Positions 19,250 through 26,726 of a DNA stretch of 64,000 nucleotides are shown here, in pieces. The stretch spans positions 7,534-71,533 of the forward strand of contig JBBUEH010000002.1 in NCBI GenBank assembly GCA_038078255.1, written 5' to 3'. The notes below the pieces were generated by a model. It made no database searches. It was not told the origin of the DNA and saw nothing but the letters and a program-made list of their open reading frames with translations. This DNA comes from Patescibacteria group bacterium. Its GTDB lineage: Bacteria > Patescibacteriota > Minisyncoccia > Phycocordibacterales > UBA9973. A program made the translations under genes and the position numbers. Position 1 is the first letter of the stretch. Each line of letters starts with the position of its first letter.

Positions 19250-19951
19250 TCATCCTCGCTTCTTCCACGCATCGATAAGTTTATGATTCCCAGAGAGTAA
19301 AACTTTCGGTACTTTATAATTCTTACCCCCATATTTTAGAACTTCCGGTCGAGTGTAAACTTCGCTACTTGAGACTCTTTCTTCTTCTAGAGATTCATAT
19401 TTACCCAAGACTCCGGGAATTTGACGCGAGATGCAATCGATCAGAACCATCGCTGGAAGCTCGCCACCAGTCAGCACATAATCCCCAATTGAAATTTCTT
19501 CCAGCCCTCCAGGGGCGAGTAAACCTTTGAGAATTTTCCCTACTCTTGCATCTATGCCTTCATATCTGCCAGAAATTAAAATAATATCCGTGTATTTCTG
19601 CTTCACCAACTTTTTCGCATAAGTTGTGTCGAACTTTTTACCAGAGGGAGAAAATAAAATAATCTTTATTGTCCCTTTCTTAGCTTTCTTGTCCGCCATA
19701 GCTTTAGCGACGGCAGAAAGCAGTGGCTCGGCTTTCATCACCATTCCGGGTCCGCCACCGTAGGGCTTGTCATCTACTGGACGATACCCATTATCTTTCA
19801 GCGCCCCGCCACGGCGGGCAGGCTTTATAAAATCACGAGGATTATAGAAATTAAAATTTATTAATTTATTCTTCACCGCCCGCCCGATAATAGACTCTTT
19901 GAGATAAGAATCGAACATCTCCGGAAAAATTGTAATAATATGAAATTTCAT
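19250..19951 (-). CDS. trmD: tRNA (guanine37-N1)-methyltransferase TrmD
   Basis: SPOUT fold; conserved GRYEGIDARV.. and C-terminal [15 protein letters not shown]...[10 protein letters not shown]. Confidence 0.9.
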   Translation of the reverse strand: MKFHIITIFPEMFDSYLKESIIGRAVKNKLINFNFYNPRDFIKPARRGGALKDNGYRPVDDKPYGGGPGMVMKAEPLLSAVAKAMADKKAKKGTIKIILFSPSGKKFDTTYAKKLVKQKYTDIILISGRYEGIDARVGKILKGLLAPGGLEEISIGDYVLTGGELPAMVLIDCISRQIPGVLGKYESLEEERVSSSEVYTRPEVLKYGGKNYKVPKVLLSGNHKLIDAWKKRG

Positions 19952-20055
19952 GTTTTATTAGTTATCCACAACTACTTGACTTTTTACTTAATTTTGCTAT
20001 TATGATCATGTCATTCGCAAAACGCCACGCTTCGTGGCGTTTTGTATTTATACTA

Positions 20056-20658
20056 CTAAACTTGCTTTTTTATCTGCATTTTCCAGTTATTTATCTCAAT
20101 AAGATTGACCTTACCCCTATTTTCATCTATCAACTTTTTAAGTTTTGTAGAAAATCTTTTTGTATTTATTCCTGGTTTCCTAACACCAGCATTAGAAGAC
20201 ACCACATAGACTTTTGTCCCTTTTTCTACTACTTTTCTTATTAGATATTCAAAATCACCATCACCTGTAAAAATAAGAAATTCTTTGTCGATTCCTGCTT
20301 CTTCCATACAATCCACAGTTAAGTCTACATCGCAATTAGATTTTCTATTGTAACCCATATCAACAACTTCGATATTATCTTTTCCACATTCAACACATTT
20401 TATGGAAATAGTTTTATCTGATTTTTTATAAGCAAAAACTGTTTTTGCCCTTACGATGCAACCATTCTTTGATAGAGTGTCAAATTCTTTAGCGGTTTCT
20501 GTATCCCCTTCATCAATACCTGAATAAAAGAAAATTTTCTCACAGTCCCATTTTTCTTTTAGATATTTACAGAGTTTATGCCAATCAACAATAAAACCCA
20601 ATAACTTTTGTGTAGTAGTGGCTGTGTTCTGAACATCTATAAAAGCGTATCTTTTCAT
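20056..20658 (-). CDS. NYN-domain (LabA-like PIN) putative RNase
   Basis: MKRYAFIDVQN..., DVDLTVD and FLIFTGDGDFEYLI motifs. The ORF is trimmed to the internal Met at 20658; the upstream track extension is implausible. Confidence 0.65.
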   Translation of the reverse strand: MKRYAFIDVQNTATTTQKLLGFIVDWHKLCKYLKEKWDCEKIFFYSGIDEGDTETAKEFDTLSKNGCIVRAKTVFAYKKSDKTISIKCVECGKDNIEVVDMGYNRKSNCDVDLTVDCMEEAGIDKEFLIFTGDGDFEYLIRKVVEKGTKVYVVSSNAGVRKPGINTKRFSTKLKKLIDENRGKVNLIEINNWKMQIKKQV

Positions 20659-20695
20659 ATAAAAATGATAGCACAAATTCAGGCACAAGCAAAAA

Positions 20696-20721
20696 ATCTC
20701 TGAGAACAAGTTCTCAGAGAT
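20696..20721 (-). terminator. Rho-independent terminator (minus strand): TCTCTGAGAAC-TTG-TTCTCAGAGA followed by TTTTTT
   Basis: 11-bp perfect stem with a U-run on the minus strand, downstream of the rpsP-KH operon and upstream of the NYN gene. Confidence 0.6.
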
Positions 20722-20775
20722 AAATTTGATAAAAAAACAAAAGAACATTTTGTTGCGGCCCCGTTAGGTCAGGTT

Positions 20776-21000
20776 TTTATTTACGGGGCCGCCTTTTTTT
20801 CTTACTTCATTCTTTCTTCTCCTTTCTTCCGAACAGGGTTCGGAAGAACCTTCTCACCCTCCACCCCACCGGGGGTGGAGGGGGGTTCAGAAACAGGGGG
20901 TTGGAGAGATGCTCAAAAGATCCTCCCCAACCCTCGTTCCTCAGGGAAAACCGACTTGATCGGGTTTCCCTGCACCATCCTGTAACCATGGTGTGGTTCC
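20776..21000. repeat. structured GC-rich intergenic block: GCGGCCCCGT..ACGGGGCCGC hairpin plus a cluster of palindromes sharing the AGGGGGTTGG / CCTCCCC cores of repeat family 1; possible structured RNA
   Basis: GC content is far above the local background. It contains CTTCCGAACAGGGTTCGGAAG, CCTCCACCCCACCGGGGGTGGAGG and CAGGGAAAACCGA..TCGGGTTTCCCTG hairpins. The overlapping ORF 20807-21037 is judged spurious. Confidence 0.45.
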
Positions 21001-21100
21001 TTTCACATATTTTATACCACACAAAAATAAAAATCACAACAAAAAAAACCCGAATTTCTTCGAGTTTTTCTAGAACCTAGTAACTAGCACCTAATTATCT

Positions 21101-21484
21101 CTATATCCCCTTTAAGTCTTCCATCGCTTCGTCTACTGTCTTCAGCGAACTTGGAGCTTTGCCCATACCGCTACCAGTGTTACCCATCATAGGGGCAGAA
21201 TCATGCCCACCTATGCTGTGCTCTTGCCTCATGCCTCCTTCTGGTTCGTTAATTTTCAAATTAACCCGAGCATTATTTTTCATGCCGATAATGCGGAGCA
21301 GTGTGCGGATAGCTTTCGCCGTATTGCCCATCCTGCCGATAATCTTGCCCATATCCGCAGGATTCACCGTCAAGCTAATAAGTACTCCCATTTCGTCCAC
21401 CGTGCGATCAATCTTGATATCATTCGGATTGTCTACTAATGCCTTCACGACATATTCCAGAAACACCTTGTCTGCTTCTTCCAT
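21101..21484 (-). CDS. KH-domain RNA-binding protein (YlqC/UPF0109 family)
   Basis: KIIGRMGNTAKAIRTLL GxxG KH motif; canonical position downstream of rpsP. Confidence 0.75.
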   Translation of the reverse strand: MEEADKVFLEYVVKALVDNPNDIKIDRTVDEMGVLISLTVNPADMGKIIGRMGNTAKAIRTLLRIIGMKNNARVNLKINEPEGGMRQEHSIGGHDSAPMMGNTGSGMGKAPSSLKTVDEAMEDLKGI

Positions 21485-21557
21485 GTTGTTTTATTAAATT
21501 ATAATAATCATGCAGTGTTACGACTTGATTTACTGCGTTATCTGTAATTATACAGAA

Positions 21558-21875
21558 CTATTTTTTTGCTTTCAACTCCTTTCTCTTGACTGTCGGTTTT
21601 TTCTTTGGCAACACATTCACCTTCTTGCCTTCTATTACTTTGTCGTGAACTAAAAAATTGTGCATCGTATCAGAACACTTTGCGCCCTGACTCATCCAAT
21701 ATTTGATCCGATCATTCACGAAGTTCTTTACTCCCGTCTTGTCCATTTTGGGATTGTAAGTGCCAAGTATTTCTAAAAATCTTCCACTCTTGGCGCTGTT
21801 CTTCGAATCAGTCAAAACAACCCGAAAACTCGGATCATTCTTCCTGCCTATTCTCTGCAGTCTTATTTTTAACAT
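21558..21875 (-). CDS. rpsP: 30S ribosomal protein S16
   Basis: MLKIRLQRIGRKNDPSFRVVLTDSKNSAKSGRFLEILGTYNPK. Confidence 0.9.
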   Translation of the reverse strand: MLKIRLQRIGRKNDPSFRVVLTDSKNSAKSGRFLEILGTYNPKMDKTGVKNFVNDRIKYWMSQGAKCSDTMHNFLVHDKVIEGKKVNVLPKKKPTVKRKELKAKK

Positions 21876-21927
21876 TGCAAAAAGAGTCTAACATAAATTT
21901 AAAAAAATGCAAAATTTATGTTGAGAT

Positions 21928-22620
21928 TTATCGGCGACCTCTATTAGATCGTGGTTGTTGAGAACCACCAACTCGTCCGCTGAATCTTCTGCTACCACTA
22001 ATACTGCCACCACCGCCATGGTGACCACTAATACTACCACCTCTATACCCACCGCCTCCGTAGTAACCGCCACCGTAAAGAAAAGGATTAACAAATTTTG
22101 GTTGACTGGCATCCGCTTCTTTTCTTTTAGTTTTTCCCTCTTCTTTAATCCTAAGTTTTTCTAGCTTTATCTCTTCTGGTGATAACTTTCTTACCCTTTT
22201 TTTACCCGTTGCTTTTCCGTCTGCATCAAGCATATCTTCTTCAACTTCACTAAACACAGCGAGATCTTTCTCTTTTTCATAAGGTGTACCGAACTTTTTA
22301 TCTGGATCTGAAACTTCTGATTTATCTGGAGTTTTTATTGCTTGTTCATCAGCAACATGTAAAGCTTTAGCTAACTCTACATCTACTGTCGCCAAGGCAA
22401 TCTTTTGTTCATTTGCTAATTTTGTTTTTTTATTTTGATCTTTTTCTTTATTAATTCTAGCCTCAAATTGAGCTGTAACTAAAGCTTTTTGAGTTAAAAA
22501 TTGTTCTCTAAGTGTTGCCTCACTTGCTTGTGCACCTTCTGGATGAAGCATACTAGCTGCTGCTAAAGCACCAACTTGAGCCACTCTTTTTATTTTTCCC
22601 CCAAACTTTTCCATTCCCAT
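21928..22620 (-). CDS. hypothetical secreted protein with Gly/Tyr-rich C-terminus
   Basis: Signal-peptide-like N-terminus, a charged coiled middle and a GGGYYGGGGYRGGSISGHHGGGGSISG tail. The start is uncertain (22620 or 22566). Confidence 0.35.
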   Translation of the reverse strand: MGMEKFGGKIKRVAQVGALAAASMLHPEGAQASEATLREQFLTQKALVTAQFEARINKEKDQNKKTKLANEQKIALATVDVELAKALHVADEQAIKTPDKSEVSDPDKKFGTPYEKEKDLAVFSEVEEDMLDADGKATGKKRVRKLSPEEIKLEKLRIKEEGKTKRKEADASQPKFVNPFLYGGGYYGGGGYRGGSISGHHGGGGSISGSRRFSGRVGGSQQPRSNRGRR

Positions 22621-22721
22621 AAATTTATTGGTTAATCTTTTAATAATTAAAAACTTTTATAAATAAAGTATGGTGTATTTGAAGTCTGTTGTCAATACCC
22701 ATTTTATGCTATATTTATTGA

Positions 22722-24728
22722 GTGAAACACCAGACGAACAAACTTCAGGGCATCATTTCAATTTCCTCCAAAGGTATTGGATATGTCGCCATTGGTGAAA
22801 ATAAAAATAAAGGGCAAGATCCAGAAATTGATTTCCGGCATTTGAACACTGCGCTCCATGGAGACACGGTGGAAATACTGCTCCATCCTAAGGGACACGG
22901 CAGGCAGACTGCTGAAGTTTCAAAAATAATTTCCCGAGCGAAAATGAACTTCGCCGGGGTGTTGGAAGTGGAGAATAAAATGCATTTTTTGAAACCTGAC
23001 GATAGTAAAATGTACACTGATATTTTAATTCCTGAAAGAAATTTACATGAGGCGAAGGTTGGGCAGAAAGTTTTCGTCGAAATAGTTTCCTGGCATGACT
23101 CCCGCAAAGCGCCAGAGGGAAAGGTGGTGAAAATTCTGGGTCAGCCTGGAGACAATACCGTAGAAATGCATGCGATAGCTTTAGAGAAGGGTTTCGCCGC
23201 AGAACTTCCAAAGAAAGTGGAAGACGAAGCAAGAAAAATCAAAATACTAGGAATGCAAAAAGCTGATTTTGTGGGACGGAGAGACTTTCGAAAAATTCTA
23301 ACCTTTACCATTGACCCCTCTGATGCAAAAGATTTTGATGATGCAATATCATTTAGAGAGCTCCCCTCCTTGAGTAAGGAGGGGGTTGGGGGTGGTAATT
23401 CCAAGCACCACCTCGCCTCCGGCACTCCTCCTTCAAAAGGAGGAGAGGGATTATTTGAAATAGGCATTCACATTGCCGATGTTTCGCATTTCGTGAAGGT
23501 CGGTAGCGCTCTCGATCTTGAAGCGCAAGAACGAGGAACCTCTGTGTATTTAGTCGACAGAACTATCCCCATGCTTCCAGAAACTTTATCAAATGATTTA
23601 TGTAGTCTCGTCCCTCACAAAGATCGACTCACCATGAGCGCCGTTTTTGTCTTGGATAAAAATGCTCAGGTGAAAAGCGAATGGTACGGACGAACTGTGA
23701 TTCATTCGCAAAAAAGATTTACTTATGAAGAAGCAGAAGTATCCATCCATAGGTCTGACGCTCCCCTGCATAAAGAATTAGCTATTTTAAATACTTTGGC
23801 AAAAAAATTAACTAAAGAAAGGTTTACGCAAGGTGCTATATCACTTGACCAAGAAGAAGTAAAATTCGTTTTAGATAAAAAGGGAGTGCCTCTCAAAGTA
23901 TTAAAAAAAGAACGAGGTGATTCCAACAGACTGATTGAAGAATTTATGCTCCTAGCAAATAAAAAAGTAGCGACGGTGTTGTCTCCCTATCCCTCTCTCT
24001 ATCGAGTGCACGATCTGCCGAGTAAAGAAAAAATGGCCGACTTGGCATTTTTCTTGCGTAGTTTAGGACATAAAGTGTCTCTCCGGGACGGAATAATTCC
24101 GACTCATGAGATAAATAAATTATTAGAAAATTTAGAAGACAAAAATGCAAAAGAAAACCTGAGTGATACTGTGCATCGAGCCGTCATTAGATCGATGGCG
24201 AAAGCCGTTTATTCGACCAAAAACATTGGACACTATGGATTGGCATTTTTATACTACACTCACTTTACCTCGCCAATTAGACGATATCCGGACATCATCA
24301 TCCATCGATTGCTTCAAGATTTTCTTTCTGGAAAAAAAAGAAAAAAAGAAAATATGCGAGAAAAAGTTTTAGAATATGAAAAAATAGCCAGGATATCATC
24401 CGAACAAGAAAAAAGGGCCTCCGATGCCGAAAGAGCCTCTATTAAATATAAACAAGTAGAATATATGTCTCTCCGTATGGGAGAAAAATTCGAGGGTATT
24501 ATTAGTGGTATTACCGAGTGGGGTCTATTCATTGAAGAAAAGGAAACAAAATGTGAAGGTATGGTACGAGTCCGAGATATGCAGGATGACTTTTATATTT
24601 TCAACGAAAAAAAATTAGAATTAGTAGGACAAAAAAAGAAAAAGAAATATCGCTTGGGTGATCGAGTGAAAATAAAAGTGAAAGGAGTTGATTTAGAACG
24701 AAAAACCATAGATTATATTTTAAGATGA
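22722..24728 (+). CDS. rnr: ribonuclease R (RNB family 3'-5' exoribonuclease)
   Basis: Cold-shock/OB N-terminus; RNB motifs DFDDAIS and GIHIADVSHFV; C-terminal S1 domain. Confidence 0.9.
   Translation: MKHQTNKLQGIISISSKGIGYVAIGENKNKGQDPEIDFRHLNTALHGDTVEILLHPKGHGRQTAEVSKIISRAKMNFAGVLEVENKMHFLKPDDSKMYTDILIPERNLHEAKVGQKVFVEIVSWHDSRKAPEGKVVKILGQPGDNTVEMHAIALEKGFAAELPKKVEDEARKIKILGMQKADFVGRRDFRKILTFTIDPSDAKDFDDAISFRELPSLSKEGVGGGNSKHHLASGTPPSKGGEGLFEIGIHIADVSHFVKVGSALDLEAQERGTSVYLVDRTIPMLPETLSNDLCSLVPHKDRLTMSAVFVLDKNAQVKSEWYGRTVIHSQKRFTYEEAEVSIHRSDAPLHKELAILNTLAKKLTKERFTQGAISLDQEEVKFVLDKKGVPLKVLKKERGDSNRLIEEFMLLANKKVATVLSPYPSLYRVHDLPSKEKMADLAFFLRSLGHKVSLRDGIIPTHEINKLLENLEDKNAKENLSDTVHRAVIRSMAKAVYSTKNIGHYGLAFLYYTHFTSPIRRYPDIIIHRLLQDFLSGKKRKKENMREKVLEYEKIARISSEQEKRASDAERASIKYKQVEYMSLRMGEKFEGIISGITEWGLFIEEKETKCEGMVRVRDMQDDFYIFNEKKLELVGQKKKKKYRLGDRVKIKVKGVDLERKTIDYILR
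23361..23450 (+). repeat. family-1 GC-rich palindromic element inserted in frame in rnr (encodes LPSLSKEGVGGGNSKHHLASGTPPSKGGEG)
   Basis: Three hairpins: CTCCCCTCCTT-GAGTA-AGGAGGGGG, GGTGGT-AATTCCAAGC-ACCACC and CTCCTCCTT-CAAA-AGGAGGAG. The 90 nt make 30 codons sitting between DFDDAIS and HIADVSH. Confidence 0.7.
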
Positions 24729-26635
24729 AAATAAAAACAGGAATTTTAATGATGCTGGCTGTTTTTGCGATATTTTTCTTTGCGTCAGATATTTTACATA
24801 ATATTATTTACAAAAAAATACTGCGCTCAAAAGATAGCTCAGCCTTATCAGCGCAAATTGTGGATAGAGAAGAAACGGAAAAATATTTCTATGTTAATAA
24901 AGATTCAAATTTAAAAGGAGGGCCCAATATTTCTGCCGCCGCCTATCTGGTGGGAGACTTAAATACGGGCGAAGTGATCCTGGCAAAAAATCAAGACGAG
25001 AAATTCCCCCTCGCTTCAGTCTCCAAACTCATGACGGCCTTGGTAACCAAAGAAATATCCAAGGAAGATGCTCTGGCCGAGGTAAGCAAGGGAGCATTAG
25101 AGACGCCCGGCAAAAATGGCGGTCTCAGAATTGGAGAGAAAATAAAAATATTAGACCTCCTCTACCCGCTTCTCCTAGAATCAAGCAACGATGCGGCAGA
25201 AATAATTGCAGGACATTTCGAACGAGATACTTTTTTAAAGAAAATGAATCAGGAAGCAGAAAATCTAAAAATGTCCTTGACGACATACGAAGACCCGAGC
25301 GGACTCTCTCCAAACAATCAGTCTACAGTTTCTGATATGTTCAAACTCGTGGGATATATAAATAAAAAAAATCCAGAATTACTAGAAATTACCACGAAAC
25401 GATCTTTTTCCAACAAAAAACATAGCTGGTCCAACATCAGCCAGTTCTTGCGAAAAGAGGGTTATCTAGGGGGCAAAAGCGGATACACCGATGAAGCTAG
25501 GCAAACTGGCATTTCACTTTTTTCTCTACCCCTCGGAGACCAAAATAAAAATACAGGCAACCGTCCCATCGCCATCACGCTTCTTCAAAGCAAAGATCGT
25601 TATCGAGATGTCGAAAACATTTTAAAATATTTGAAAAAATATATATACTACGGTGGCAACTTAGATGCAAACACTGACTGGGTAGCAGAGAAGGTGGGGG
25701 CGCCGGACATTCGGGAGCCAGATTTTGTAACTTTTACCTTCCTGGGCGACATGATGCTTGATCGTGGAGTGAAAAATTCTGTGCTAAAAAATTTCAACAA
25801 TGACTACTCGGCGCTTTTTGAAAAAATGGAGTTGCTCAAAGATTCAGACATTGTTTTCGCCAATCTAGAAGGTACCGCCTCGGATCAAGGCGCCGACCTA
25901 CGCAACCTATATTCCTTCCAAATGGATCCTGCTGTAGTCCCCGCCCTCGCCGGCGCTGGCATTGATGTCTTATCTGTCGCCAACAATCATGTTGGAGATT
26001 GGGGACGAATGTCTTTCGTTGACACTCTGGAAAATTTAAAAGAGAACGAGATTCGTTATACCGGAGGAGGAGAAAATAGTGTCGAAGCGGAGATGCCGAC
26101 CATTTTAGAAAAATACGGAATAAAAATAGGATTTCTTGGTTTTTCAGATGTAGGACCTAATTGGATGAAAGCAACAGAAGAACAAGCAGGATTATTGCTC
26201 GCTAGCAATCCTCGTTTCGAGGAAATAATTCAAGATGCTTCCAGGCAAGTAGACTTTCTCGTCGTCTCATTTCACTTTGGTGAAGAATATCAAACAAAAC
26301 ACAATGCCAGACAGGAACTATTAGCGCGCAAAGCGGTAGATAGTGGAGCCAAGATAGTGGTGGGCCATCATCCGCATGTTGTTGAAGATACAGAAATTTA
26401 TAGCCGAAAAGATTGCACTCAAAGTTCGTGCATGGGCTACATTGCCTACTCGCTTGGGAATTTTATTTTCGATCAATCATTTAGCGCAGAGACAATGCAA
26501 GGTATGTTGCTTAATCTTAAATTAAACAAAGATGGAAATATGACAATAAAGAAAGATGCAATAAAATTAAATAAAGCCTTTCAGCCGGATACGGTAATCA
26601 TGGGCAAGAAAGAGCAAATTGAATTTAAAAAGTAG
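24725..26635 (+). CDS. fusion protein: D-Ala-D-Ala carboxypeptidase (PBP5/S11) N-domain + CapA/PgsA-like metallophosphatase C-domain
   Basis: SxxK (ASVSKLM), SxN (SSND) and KSG motifs in the N-terminal half. FTFLGDMMLDRG, SVANNHVGDWG and GHHPHVV (PGA_cap/CapA) in the C-terminal half. Confidence 0.7.
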   Translation: MKIKTGILMMLAVFAIFFFASDILHNIIYKKILRSKDSSALSAQIVDREETEKYFYVNKDSNLKGGPNISAAAYLVGDLNTGEVILAKNQDEKFPLASVSKLMTALVTKEISKEDALAEVSKGALETPGKNGGLRIGEKIKILDLLYPLLLESSNDAAEIIAGHFERDTFLKKMNQEAENLKMSLTTYEDPSGLSPNNQSTVSDMFKLVGYINKKNPELLEITTKRSFSNKKHSWSNISQFLRKEGYLGGKSGYTDEARQTGISLFSLPLGDQNKNTGNRPIAITLLQSKDRYRDVENILKYLKKYIYYGGNLDANTDWVAEKVGAPDIREPDFVTFTFLGDMMLDRGVKNSVLKNFNNDYSALFEKMELLKDSDIVFANLEGTASDQGADLRNLYSFQMDPAVVPALAGAGIDVLSVANNHVGDWGRMSFVDTLENLKENEIRYTGGGENSVEAEMPTILEKYGIKIGFLGFSDVGPNWMKATEEQAGLLLASNPRFEEIIQDASRQVDFLVVSFHFGEEYQTKHNARQELLARKAVDSGAKIVVGHHPHVVEDTEIYSRKDCTQSSCMGYIAYSLGNFIFDQSFSAETMQGMLLNLKLNKDGNMTIKKDAIKLNKAFQPDTVIMGKKEQIEFKK

Positions 26636-26637
26636 TC

Positions 26638-26662
26638 CATACGGAGGCAACGCCTCCGTATG
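26638..26662 (+). terminator. Rho-independent terminator CATACGGAGGC-AAC-GCCTCCGTATG + TTATTTAT
   Basis: 11-bp perfect stem immediately after the 24725-26635 stop, followed by a T-rich tract. Confidence 0.65.
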
Positions 26663-26726
26663 TTATTTATACCCAGCTTCTTTTAATAATTTTTTTAGAA
26701 GATGAGCCGAGAATTAATTTCATAAA

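Noticed and set aside
20807-21037. 76-aa ORF in the ORF track
   Set aside because: It lies wholly inside the GC-rich hairpin block. Its composition (P/G/R/W-rich) is dictated by the palindromes, and there is no RBS.
20750-21100. Assigning the structured block to SRP RNA, RNase P RNA, 6S or tmRNA
   Set aside because: By eye the hallmark motifs could not be found: SRP domain IV GGAAGGAAGCAGC, the RNase P P4 strands, or the tmRNA tag reading frame and tRNA-like 3' end. It is left as an unassigned structured region or repeat nest.
21928-22164. Overlapping ORFs 21888-22112 and 21955-22164
   Set aside because: They are alternative frames of the Gly/Tyr-rich tail region of ORF 21928-22620, driven by GGN/CCN repeats.
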